Shown here one piece after another: positions 1-8,389 of a stretch of DNA of 64,000 nucleotides (position 1 is the stretch's first letter; each line of letters starts with the position of its first letter). The notes beneath the pieces were generated by a model that saw nothing but the letters and a program-made list of their open reading frames with translations, did no database searches and had not been told where the DNA came from. The DNA comes from a virus. Where the stretch lies: the IMG/VR virus record IMGVR_UViG_3300021378_000021, positions 3,005-67,004 of that record. The stretch is one strand, 5' to 3'. The translations under genes and the position numbers were made by a program.

Positions 1-101
1 TCCAGTTCAGACAATCTCTTACAGGCATCTCTCACAGCATTACCAGGAGAGTCATCGACCTGTGATCGTAGACGAATGAATACTAATGCTTTAAACTTCA
101 T
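1..101 (-). CDS. purS: Phosphoribosylformylglycinamidine synthase PurS subunit (5' part; runs off the window edge)
   Basis: Hand translation from ATG at 101: MKFKALVFIRLRSQVDDSPGNAVRDACKRLSEL..., resembling the PurS N-terminus; lies next to purN. Confidence 0.8.
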   Translation of the reverse strand, partial: MKFKALVFIRLRSQVDDSPGNAVRDACKRLSEL

Positions 102-303
102 GGTCGTTCCACCTCTCATCAAGTGCTTCATTAACAATATCCTTTAATTCTCTACGTTCTTCAGGTGTAAAGATTGTACGATGCTTCACTGGCATTGGAG
201 GAATCTCTCTCCTAGAATTGGTATTACCCTTAGAAGGAATACTCATGCCCTGTGTATCAATTTTATCTTGTCTCATTTGTAATAATTCAATGAACCATTC
301 CAT
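91..303 (-). CDS. Hypothetical protein (70 aa)
   Basis: ORF packed between purN and purS, abutting the purN stop; no recognisable motif. Confidence 0.6.
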   Translation of the reverse strand: MEWFIELLQMRQDKIDTQGMSIPSKGNTNSRREIPPMPVKHRTIFTPEERRELKDIVNEALDERWNDHEV

Positions 304-840
304 TTAATTTATATTCTCAAATAAATTATTGATTACCATAGGAAGTAAACGATGTTCTGCTCTCTGAACTCTATGATGTAAGGTCTCTTCTGTATCTCCT
401 ACACAAATAGGAACAGAAGAAGAATCAATACATCCTCCAGAATCTAACTCTTCAGTCACATAATGAACTGTACATCCAGTGATTTTATCTCCACTATCTA
501 ATGCCTGCTTAACAGCATTAAGACCTTTATACTTTGGAAGTAATGATGGATGAATATTAATTATCTTATTTGGGAAAGCATTAATCAATCCCGGTGTAAC
601 AATCCTCATCCAACCTGCAAGAACTACTAAATCAACTTTGTGTCTATTAAGTTTATCAATGATTTTTTGTTCATCAATACTCTTAATACGGCAGTTTGGG
701 ATACCCAATCGGTCTGCCCTTTCTTGAGCACCACATCCTTTAATATTGTAGATCATAACTACAACTTCATGGTCTGGACAATTCTCAACGATGTTCTCAA
801 AGTTAGTTCCGTTTCCAGAACACATGACTCCAATTCTCAT
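304..840 (-). CDS. purN: Phosphoribosylglycinamide formyltransferase
   Basis: SGNGTNF phosphate loop, LAGWMRI, INIHPSLLPKYKG, GCTVHYV...LDSG motifs. Confidence 0.96.
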   Translation of the reverse strand: MRIGVMCSGNGTNFENIVENCPDHEVVVMIYNIKGCGAQERADRLGIPNCRIKSIDEQKIIDKLNRHKVDLVVLAGWMRIVTPGLINAFPNKIINIHPSLLPKYKGLNAVKQALDSGDKITGCTVHYVTEELDSGGCIDSSSVPICVGDTEETLHHRVQRAEHRLLPMVINNLFENIN

Positions 841-845
841 TTAAG

Positions 846-1139
846 TCACAGGACCAGTTTTTTAGAGTTTGGAGTAATCAACTTACTACCAAACATTTCA
901 TTATACTTCTTACAGACATCCTCTTGGACTTCTGCGACATATACAACATGAGTTTTAGAAATCGTAATCTCTGGGTCTTCTTTACTAATCACGGTTGCCC
1001 ATGGAGCAAATCCAACACCATTATTAGTTGGAAGAACTACAAGACCATTTTGGACTGTAATAGAAGCAGCATTCTCATCTATGAGTTCTGCGATAACTTC
1101 TTCACCAGTCACAATTCGTAGCAGTTTTACATCAATCAT
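846..1139 (-). CDS. Conserved T4-like phage hypothetical protein (possible Sm-like beta fold)
   Basis: N-terminal 'LLRIVTGEEVIAE' and 'FAPW' pattern; in operon with gp44. Confidence 0.7.
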   Translation of the reverse strand: MIDVKLLRIVTGEEVIAELIDENAASITVQNGLVVLPTNNGVGFAPWATVISKEDPEITISKTHVVYVAEVQEDVCKKYNEMFGSKLITPNSKKLVL

Positions 1140-1150
1140 TTTAATTTACC

Positions 1151-2092
1151 TCAACTAAACTCGCATTCTACCATAATCTCAGTCAAACATGCAAGTAAGT
1201 TTATTTCCTGGTCCGCCACAAATGCCATTTGATACTGATACTTAGCAAGGACAAGCACAGCAGCAGGAATACTATTCGGAACCAAGGAATCATAACAAGC
1301 ATCGTAAATACGACGCAACAGGACAGTAGTATCATTGTCCAGGTTATTGACAACCCATTTACGTACTTCGGGAAAATTCTTCTCTTTAAGGTTTTTAACC
1401 AGTTCATTGACGGCAACATCTGAAAAAGTGGCAAGAATACCAGAGTCGATTTTCCCACTTACGGAATATCTTTGGCATTCATTAAGAACACGTCTCCAAT
1501 CAGGAAAGTGCTTATTGATTAATTCTACCAGGACCTTGTTATCATATTCAACACCTTCTGCATCCAAGATTTGTTGGATACGTTTGAAGAATTGTGCGGC
1601 AATGGTCTGACGATCCTTTCCTTTAATTCCAAACTCGACGACGGCACATCGGGAGTGGAGAGGTTCAAGGATTTTGTTTTTGTAGTTACAGGTAAAGATG
1701 AATCTACAATTGCCAGCGAACTCCTCAATAAACGCCCGTAAGAGGAGTTGTACATCATTGGATGTGTTATCTGCCTCATCAATGATGATGACTTTGTGTT
1801 TAGAATCTGACGTAAGTGATACGGTCGAAGCAAAGTTTTTCGCATTATTTCTGACGGTATCAAGGAATCGTCCTTCATCGGATCCGTTGATGACATATAC
1901 ATCTACTCCAAGTTCGTTACATAGTGCTTTTGCCACTGTTGTTTTACCGATGCCTGGAGGACCGGCAAGTAGCATATTAGGAATCTCTCCTTTATCTAGG
2001 AAAGATTGAAAGGTCTTCTTTGTACTCTCAGGGAGAATACATTCTTCAATAGTTTGTGGTCGATACTTCTCAACCCAGATGAAGTTGCTCAT
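1151..2092 (-). CDS. gp44: Sliding-clamp loader large subunit (T4 gp44-like)
   Basis: WVEKYRP, Walker A GPPGIGKT, Walker B IIIDEAD, SRC motif; start set at MSNFIWVEKYRP. Confidence 0.96.
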   Translation of the reverse strand: MSNFIWVEKYRPQTIEECILPESTKKTFQSFLDKGEIPNMLLAGPPGIGKTTVAKALCNELGVDVYVINGSDEGRFLDTVRNNAKNFASTVSLTSDSKHKVIIIDEADNTSNDVQLLLRAFIEEFAGNCRFIFTCNYKNKILEPLHSRCAVVEFGIKGKDRQTIAAQFFKRIQQILDAEGVEYDNKVLVELINKHFPDWRRVLNECQRYSVSGKIDSGILATFSDVAVNELVKNLKEKNFPEVRKWVVNNLDNDTTVLLRRIYDACYDSLVPNSIPAAVLVLAKYQYQMAFVADQEINLLACLTEIMVECEFS

Positions 2093-2100
2093 AATCAAAT

Positions 2101-2406
2101 CTACTTGTCCTTTAGTATACCACAACCTTTCGGTTCTATGTTCAAATCCATACCTTGTCCTTGATTGTCCGTTCTTGGACTTCCCTCATTTTTCTTTTCA
2201 GTTTTTTGAAATGAAACTCTTTTGTATCTGTTAGCAAATATGTCTGGACACCAATAGGTTACAATCCAATTAACGGTAGGATTAAGTTCCATATGTTTCT
2301 CAACACTGTGTTTCATAATACCTATTTGGATGTATCCATCGTGCATAATACATCCACCATCTTCTAATTCGTAAAGGTAAAGTGTTTTTATTTTTTCTTC
2401 TTTCAC
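2101..2406 (-). CDS. Hypothetical protein (101 aa)
   Basis: Co-directional ORF tightly packed between denV-like gene and gp44. Confidence 0.6.
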   Translation of the reverse strand: MKEEKIKTLYLYELEDGGCIMHDGYIQIGIMKHSVEKHMELNPTVNWIVTYWCPDIFANRYKRVSFQKTEKKNEGSPRTDNQGQGMDLNIEPKGCGILKDK

Positions 2407-2407
2407 T

Positions 2408-2926
2408 TTATACCCATTCAGGTTTACGATTTGGTAATTTTAAGTAATTCTTAGATACCCATGGTTTAGAAGCAATGTACATTTTGTACGCTTCAATTGT
2501 ACTTATACTTGTATCAAACTTAAACTCTTCAGGCATTGCACGAACAAATGGAGTAAGTTTTGATCGATGAATAGCATCTAATGGGAAGATTTTATTTGCA
2601 TGTGCAAGAGTATGAAGACATGAATGAATTTTTCCATATCGATTAGAATACTCCTCACATAATGCAAGACCGTGCCGGATCAACCATCGGGCATTTGCAG
2701 CAGTCTCATTTGCCCATACTGTGCAGGGGTGATTGCGGAAAGCACCCTTATCGGTCGCATATGGGGTTCCATCGGTCTTAGGAAGAGTTCCATATCCATG
2801 CCCCCATTTGTCTGAGGCAACGATAGAGAGCATCTGACAGCACTCTAGAGGCATCTTGACGATGTGCTTATCAGGGAGAACCTGAGCAGACTTGACCGGA
2901 CTTTCGTCCGTCACAAAGATATTCAT
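2408..2926 (-). CDS. denV: Pyrimidine-dimer DNA glycosylase / endonuclease V-like protein
   Basis: MNIF...DKHIVKMPLECCQMLS and NHPCTVW motifs typical of this phage family. Confidence 0.75.
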   Translation of the reverse strand: MNIFVTDESPVKSAQVLPDKHIVKMPLECCQMLSIVASDKWGHGYGTLPKTDGTPYATDKGAFRNHPCTVWANETAANARWLIRHGLALCEEYSNRYGKIHSCLHTLAHANKIFPLDAIHRSKLTPFVRAMPEEFKFDTSISTIEAYKMYIASKPWVSKNYLKLPNRKPEWV

Positions 2927-3138
2927 GTTAAGAGTTTGCTAAAACTGATTGCCAGTAGGAACATAAGCATTATAACGACATCCCAAGATTTTGTCCTTAT
3001 AAAGTAAGGAACTGAAATCATATCGGCAACGAAGTGCAGCATAACTCCAAGAGTTATATTGATATGGAGAACAACAAAATATGCAGTAATCACTAGGATA
3101 CTACCAGTTATTCTCATTGGGACATCAACTTTAATCAT
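2923..3138 (-). CDS. Small hydrophobic membrane protein
   Basis: 71 aa with 2-3 hydrophobic stretches; 4-nt overlaps with both neighbours. Confidence 0.7.
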   Translation of the reverse strand: MIKVDVPMRITGSILVITAYFVVLHINITLGVMLHFVADMISVPYFIRTKSWDVVIMLMFLLAISFSKLLT

Positions 3139-3470
3139 TTTAAAGGTCGAGTAAAGATTTCAGATACAATATCTGTTGCACCCATTGCTTCATACATGTA
3201 TGTGGCACCTGATCGTGGATTTGTATGATCTCCACAGGTAAACACATCACATACTGCCATACCATTCTCCGGCCATGTATGAATACTAATGTGAGACTCG
3301 GCAAGAAGTGCTACGGCAGTTACACCATGAGGTTCGAACTTATGTGATGAAATATCTAGTAATGTGCTTTCAGATAATGTTGCAGCATTTGAAAGCACAT
3401 TACGAATATGTGCTTCATCATCTAATAATCCATATGGACACCCCTTAAGGGTAAAGAGAATGTGTCTCAT
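3135..3470 (-). CDS. speD: Pyruvoyl-dependent S-adenosylmethionine decarboxylase family proenzyme
   Basis: HKFEPHGVT, LAE-SHISIHTWPE self-cleavage motif, CDVFTCG. Confidence 0.92.
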   Translation of the reverse strand: MRHILFTLKGCPYGLLDDEAHIRNVLSNAATLSESTLLDISSHKFEPHGVTAVALLAESHISIHTWPENGMAVCDVFTCGDHTNPRSGATYMYEAMGATDIVSEIFTRPLK

Positions 3471-4153
3471 CCGAATGTCGAATCAGGTTCCAGAGCAATA
3501 TAATACTTGAGATTGTGCTGTGTATTCGTGAATTGTGACAAAAGTTTAGAAGATACTACTACCTCATAGGCACCAGGAATAATCTTGATGTTTTCTACCT
3601 TAAAGTTGAACTCAAAATCATCACTGGTCTCACCAACAATAATTGCATACTCATTAGAAGTATCGTTTTTCTTATCACGAACCACCAGTTTGATAACACC
3701 ATTCTCACCAATTGCAGACATATCAGGAAGTTGATATACTGCTGCTGCTTTGATCAATTTTTCAAGTGTTACACTATCCAACTGGAAGCATACATCTTGA
3801 GATGGTAATGTAATTTCTTTCTCTGGAGGAGCAATAATTACATTTGGGTCGGCAAAGAAATACTTCACACGACGTTTACCTTCTTTGATACTCAAGTAAC
3901 TGTCTTGATTAAAGTCAAGGTCAGGATCCTGATGAAGACTCAATCCATTCAAAAACTGGTTGAGATCATAAATCGCAAAGTCCCGTGGGAAATCTTCTTT
4001 GATTTCTGCTTCGGCAAGAATATTCTTTGCCACAGAGATAGTGCGAAGTTTGTTGCCTTGCTTTACAAGAATAGAATTATTGATACCCGCAAAGTTCTTG
4101 AGGATAGCAAGTGCGTTGTCAGACAGTTTCATTGTTTGTTCTTTGAGTTTCAT
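3467..4153 (-). CDS. gp45: DNA polymerase sliding clamp (T4 gp45-like)
   Basis: MKLS...ILKNFAGINNSI, FAIYDLNQFL, C-terminal YYIALE. Confidence 0.95.
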   Translation of the reverse strand: MKLKEQTMKLSDNALAILKNFAGINNSILVKQGNKLRTISVAKNILAEAEIKEDFPRDFAIYDLNQFLNGLSLHQDPDLDFNQDSYLSIKEGKRRVKYFFADPNVIIAPPEKEITLPSQDVCFQLDSVTLEKLIKAAAVYQLPDMSAIGENGVIKLVVRDKKNDTSNEYAIIVGETSDDFEFNFKVENIKIIPGAYEVVVSSKLLSQFTNTQHNLKYYIALEPDSTFG

Positions 4154-4155
4154 TA

Positions 4156-4548
4156 TTATTGAGGGTAGGTTTCACGTTTTGCATTCTTATCATTGAAATG
4201 CATTAGAAGAACAGCATAGTGGAGGATCTTCATTATATCACGACGTGCCGTACCTTTCTTATCATATCGTGATGCATACTTAAGAATATTAGATCTACAG
4301 AATGGTTCACCATCTCCACAAGCTTCAATCAAATCCAGTGTTTGAATTTTATCGTCACCAGCAGAATAATGTTGTCTATAAGTTCCTCTAATATACTCAA
4401 GAAGTTCTTTTACAATCTCTTCTTCATTATATTTGAACGGAGTTACTGAAGTTGGAATAAAATCAATAGGACTTTGTTGCTTATTAAAATTAATGTGGTC
4501 ATCCATTTTTAAAATTTCATCGTATAGCATGGACCAAGAGTTAGTCAT
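4156..4548 (-). CDS. Conserved phage protein (DUF3310-like)
   Basis: HY...FCRSNILKYASRYDKKG...DIMKILHY motif. Confidence 0.7.
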   Translation of the reverse strand: MTNSWSMLYDEILKMDDHINFNKQQSPIDFIPTSVTPFKYNEEEIVKELLEYIRGTYRQHYSAGDDKIQTLDLIEACGDGEPFCRSNILKYASRYDKKGTARRDIMKILHYAVLLMHFNDKNAKRETYPQ

Positions 4549-4553
4549 AACTT

Positions 4554-4582
4554 ATTATATCAAATATTTGCTCCACCGTCAA
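4554..4582 (-). promoter_or_regulatory. Sigma70-type promoter TTGACG-N17-TATAAT overlapping the cobS 3' end
   Basis: -35 at 4577-4582 and -10 at 4554-4559 on the minus strand with a 17-nt spacer. Confidence 0.75.
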
Positions 4583-5663
4583 TCACATAAATTTTATCAC
4601 TTTCTGCAGGCATCACAAAGTCGGCATCCACTTTGTCATAGAGTTCCAAGAATGATTGCTTGGTCTCATCATCAAAACGACTCACACAAACTTGAATTGC
4701 TTTTGCTTTATCTTTGAAGATGCTGAAAGCACGAATGATATGAACCAAACGACGGGTGCTGATGATTTCATCAATACCACCATCATAGAAAGTTTTGCGA
4801 ATGATATCTGCCCAATCTACAAGACGTTTGCAGAAGTCAGTATCTTCGACTCCAAGATCCGAAGAAATACCCTCAAGAATTTTCTGTTCTGTTGCAGGAG
4901 TAGGATATGACTGCTCAAAGGTTACTGGGAAACGCTCAAGGAATGCTTCGTTGAGAACATTAGTGCCGATAAAACGACCATCTTCAGAACCTTTACCTTT
5001 TGTGTTTGCAGTGGCAAATACATTGAAACCTTTTGTTGGTTTTACATACCTACCAATTTTTTTCAGGAACACACCCTTACCTTCAAGGATGGACTGGAGA
5101 CAGAGGATTTTGTTAGAAGCAAGGTCAACTTCATCGAGTAGCAGGATTGCTCCTCTCTGGAGTGCTTCAGTGACAGGTCCGTTATGCCAAACAGTTGCCC
5201 CATCGACAAGACGGAAACCACCAATAAGATCGTCTTCATCAGTCTCAATAGTAATGTTTACACGAATCAGTTCACGTCCAAGTTGAGCACACGCTTGCTC
5301 CACAGATAACGTTTTACCATTACCCGAAAGACCCGTAATGAACGTTGGGTAAAAAAGACGGGACTGAATAATTTTTTTAAGATCACCAAAGTTACCAAAC
5401 TTGACGAAAGTATCATCTTTATCAGGAATCAAATTTTGCTCAATAGTAGGCATAGCAGGAGGTGCCTGATAAGTTTGCTCAAGTTTTTCTTGAATAGACA
5501 GGTTCCACTTACCACGACCAACTTTATAATCAGAAATTTTATTCGTAACTGTCTGATAGTTAGATCCATTCATTGCACACCAAGCACGAATATCAGCACC
5601 AGTTACGGACTCTCCATAAAGTTCCTGTAATGAAGTGACGATGTATTCAGCAGAAAGAGACAT
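4560..5663 (-). CDS. cobS: CobS-like / MoxR-type AAA+ ATPase
   Basis: Walker A GLSGNGKT, DEDDLIGG, Walker B LLLDE, ATANTKG, NEAFLERF, ISTRRL. Confidence 0.9.
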   Translation of the reverse strand: MSLSAEYIVTSLQELYGESVTGADIRAWCAMNGSNYQTVTNKISDYKVGRGKWNLSIQEKLEQTYQAPPAMPTIEQNLIPDKDDTFVKFGNFGDLKKIIQSRLFYPTFITGLSGNGKTLSVEQACAQLGRELIRVNITIETDEDDLIGGFRLVDGATVWHNGPVTEALQRGAILLLDEVDLASNKILCLQSILEGKGVFLKKIGRYVKPTKGFNVFATANTKGKGSEDGRFIGTNVLNEAFLERFPVTFEQSYPTPATEQKILEGISSDLGVEDTDFCKRLVDWADIIRKTFYDGGIDEIISTRRLVHIIRAFSIFKDKAKAIQVCVSRFDDETKQSFLELYDKVDADFVMPAESDKIYVIDGGANI

Positions 5664-5693
5664 GATCTTGTTTTGTTGGTTTCAACTGAAGTT

Positions 5694-5752
5694 ATTATAC
5701 AAGAAAAAAGGGGTCTTGACGACCCCCAGTGGACAGTTTAAGAATTGGTCAG
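5694..5752 (-). promoter_or_regulatory. cobS promoter: palindromic element, GC hairpin/U-tract and TATAAT
   Basis: -10 TATAAT at 5694-5699; hairpin GGGGTC-GTCAA-GACCCC plus T-run at 5704-5727; element GTGGACAGTTTAAGAATTGGTCAG at 5729-5752. Confidence 0.6.
5704..5727 (-). terminator. Rho-independent terminator-like hairpin
   Basis: GGGGTC gtcaa GACCCC TTTTTT on the minus strand just after the stop at 5738. Confidence 0.65.
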
Positions 5753-6067
5753 ATATTCTTTCAACTCTTTAACCATCTTTCTGTGAGAGTGTCTTTTATC
5801 CAACTCAATACCAACAGTTCTACCATACTCTTCAAGTTCATCCTTGCTCATTTCATCGATAGAAACATCACTCTCATATGTAAAAGTTTCGATAGATTCT
5901 TCTTCAGATTCTTCTTCAGGTTCTTCTTCAGATTCTTCCACAACAATGGAATCAGGAGCAATTGCTTCTGCTGGTTCTGAAGGAACCGCAACTGGAGAAG
6001 GTTGTGCAGGTGCTGCTGGAGCTGGTGCCGGAGTTTTTCCTCCCAATAAATCTCCAAATCTAGACAT
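5738..6067 (-). CDS. Pro/Ala- and Glu-rich protein with C-terminal helical (Rho-N/SAP-like) domain
   Basis: Low-complexity N-half; C-terminal MSKDELEEYGRTVGIELDKRHSHRKMVKEL; preceded by late promoter GATAAATA (6092-6099). Confidence 0.75.
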   Translation of the reverse strand: MSRFGDLLGGKTPAPAPAAPAQPSPVAVPSEPAEAIAPDSIVVEESEEEPEEESEEESIETFTYESDVSIDEMSKDELEEYGRTVGIELDKRHSHRKMVKELKEYLTNS

Positions 6068-6097
6068 TCTTAATACCTATTACTATAGAAATATTTA

Positions 6098-8206
6098 TCA
6101 GGCAACAAGTCCCACAAACTCATTTAGAATTTTCTTATTCATTTTTTTATTCTTTAAACTCTTCATAAAAGATTTTTTGATTTGAGTTTTAGAAGCATCT
6201 TCTGACACATCAAATTCAGATTCGCTTGCAAGAGTTGTTGCAGAAAGTGCAATATAAGAATGGTAACCAGAATTTTTGATAGCAAATGATCTCTGTTTTT
6301 TCCACTGGTTTTGAATCTTATTTCTCAATTCATGTTCGTTATAAGTGTAACGACTAATAAAACGGTGAGAATCACGAGACTCAAGAACACGAATACCAAT
6401 AAAATTAGTGTCCGCAAAATTATCTCTCAAATTTTGAATCAAAATATCAGTATAATCATCCCACATAGAATCCAAAGAATAAGTGTTTCCTGTTTTACGA
6501 TCACGAAGATAACAATTATGACCAATTCTTCCAAGTCCAATAAAAGGTTCAAACTCCCATGAACGTTGAATCTCACGATGATAAGTAAGTCCATAACCCT
6601 CACCATCACTCAATACGACACACTGAACTTTTTGGACTTTAGTATTTTTCTTGAACTGTGGAATGATTTGATGAAGTGCAATCATCGTTTCATTCAAGGG
6701 AGTTCCGGACAATCCCATTCCAACAGGAATAGGATATCTTCCACCAAAAGTAATATATTGAGCAAGACGAAACATATTCTTCAATTGTTTTTCCAAAGTT
6801 TTAGAATTAACTTTGTGTGACAAAATGTTCATCAAAGAAAACTGTTCTCCAACCTGCATCAAACCATCTTTTTTCTCATATGGTCTTTTACGACAAAGTT
6901 GTTCTCCATCATCACTTACTAAGGGATACTCATTCGTGAATGCATATACCTCAAATGGAATAGAAACTTTCTTACAGAACCATACAAGATTAAATAACTG
7001 CTTCATAGTATCCATCATTACATGGGTCATCGAACCAGACCAATCAAGAATAAAAATCAATCCATGATCTTTACCATCGGCAAGTGTGGTTACTTTCTTG
7101 AACAGGTCTTCGTTGTATTTGTAGGTGTGGAGTTTAGAGCAGTCCAAAACTCCAGTCCGACTAGTAGTAGCACGAGCATAGCTATTAGCAGATTTTCTAC
7201 ATTCGAATTCTTTGACAAGATAATTTACCTCTTTCTGTGCTGATTTTTTAAATTTCAGAAACTCACTATCAACATAATCAAACAGATAAGGATCGTGAGG
7301 ATTGTCCCAGAGTTCATCACATCTCTCATGAATTTCTCCATTTGGTACAATAATATCATCAAGATTAACTTTAGGAAGTTCTACATAAACATTCTCAATT
7401 CCATCCGTTGATGCAAGTTTTTTGATTGCATCCTGTAATGAATCCATCGTATCTACTTTAGGTTCGGAATTAGTTTCTCCACCTTGAGGAATTTGTTGTT
7501 GATCCTCTGCTGTTCCACCATAAGATTCAGTATCATCAGAAACTTGTTGCTCTTGAGAATCATTATCTCCATCCTCTTGAGTTTGATCCGAATCTTGCTC
7601 ACTATCAGAACTTTGTGATTCCAAAGAATCCATATCAGTCTTGGTTTCGGTATTCATCTGATCCTGACAATACTTATAGAGTGCCTGTGCCGCAATCAGA
7701 ACATCATCAAAATCTTCACAACCTTCGATCATGCGAACGATAGGCATCTCTACATATTCACCAAAAGGAATATCAACAAAGTTTCCAATCTTAAAGTGAA
7801 GATTTACACGGTCGGCAAGATTCATCTTACTTACATCTTCACACTCAACACCAAAGAAGTCCTCATCGGCAAGAACATTATATCCTTTATAGAAGGTCTT
7901 AGAGATGCCAGCATAACGACGCTTCATCATTTTCTCAATACGAACATCCTCCACCACATTCACAAACTGTGGAGGAATCTTATATTCTTTTATCCAATCA
8001 CGATCTGGTGTATAAAGTGCATGTCCCACTTCATGTGCCACCAACATATCATATATCTCATCACCTGCCTTATCCCAGTTCGGCAGTGTCAGCACACGAG
8101 TATGAACATTGAAACATGCAGTCTCAACATTTTTGTTCTCTACCACAAGGTCTTCGGTGGCAAGAAGTTTAGCAAGTTGAGATTTGATTTCGTGCCTGAC
8201 GGTCAT
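6098..8206 (-). CDS. Metallopeptidase-like plus VWA-domain protein (CobT-like partner of the AAA+ ATPase)
   Basis: HEVGH zincin motif, acidic linker, MIDAS DWSGS...SGTP...SDGE; start set at MTVRHEIK downstream of the -10 at 8228. Confidence 0.85.
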   Translation of the reverse strand: MTVRHEIKSQLAKLLATEDLVVENKNVETACFNVHTRVLTLPNWDKAGDEIYDMLVAHEVGHALYTPDRDWIKEYKIPPQFVNVVEDVRIEKMMKRRYAGISKTFYKGYNVLADEDFFGVECEDVSKMNLADRVNLHFKIGNFVDIPFGEYVEMPIVRMIEGCEDFDDVLIAAQALYKYCQDQMNTETKTDMDSLESQSSDSEQDSDQTQEDGDNDSQEQQVSDDTESYGGTAEDQQQIPQGGETNSEPKVDTMDSLQDAIKKLASTDGIENVYVELPKVNLDDIIVPNGEIHERCDELWDNPHDPYLFDYVDSEFLKFKKSAQKEVNYLVKEFECRKSANSYARATTSRTGVLDCSKLHTYKYNEDLFKKVTTLADGKDHGLIFILDWSGSMTHVMMDTMKQLFNLVWFCKKVSIPFEVYAFTNEYPLVSDDGEQLCRKRPYEKKDGLMQVGEQFSLMNILSHKVNSKTLEKQLKNMFRLAQYITFGGRYPIPVGMGLSGTPLNETMIALHQIIPQFKKNTKVQKVQCVVLSDGEGYGLTYHREIQRSWEFEPFIGLGRIGHNCYLRDRKTGNTYSLDSMWDDYTDILIQNLRDNFADTNFIGIRVLESRDSHRFISRYTYNEHELRNKIQNQWKKQRSFAIKNSGYHSYIALSATTLASESEFDVSEDASKTQIKKSFMKSLKNKKMNKKILNEFVGLVA

Positions 8207-8375
8207 TGGTTTGATGCGTATGAATGTAGTATACAAAAGAACCTCCCTTTTTGGGGGAGGTCATGTGGCAGTTCTTGAAGTGTCTCAGTGCTTCCTTTCG
8301 GGAACGCATTGCCTGAGGTTTCAGTTTTCGTTTCTGCTCCTTCTTGGAGTGATGGTATCTATTTGGGACTTGCAT
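8169..8375 (-). CDS. Small basic hypothetical protein
   Basis: ATG 15 nt after the gp46 stop; Lys/Arg-rich; 3' end runs through promoter/hairpin of the next gene. Confidence 0.6.
   Translation of the reverse strand: MQVPNRYHHSKKEQKRKLKPQAMRSRKEALRHFKNCHMTSPKKGGSFVYYIHTHQTNDRQARNQISTC
8228..8286 (-). promoter_or_regulatory. Promoter cassette: palindromic element, hairpin and TATACT
   Basis: -10 TATACT at 8228-8233; hairpin ACCTCCC/GGGAGGT at 8241-8261; element GTGGCAGTTCTTGAAGTGTCTC at 8265-8286. Confidence 0.55.
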
Positions 8376-8389
8376 TGTTCTTTGATGTA

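Noticed and set aside
5898-5940. Tandem TCTTCTTCAG(A/G)T repeats
   Set aside because: Encode the EEES/EEEP low-complexity tract of the 109-aa protein
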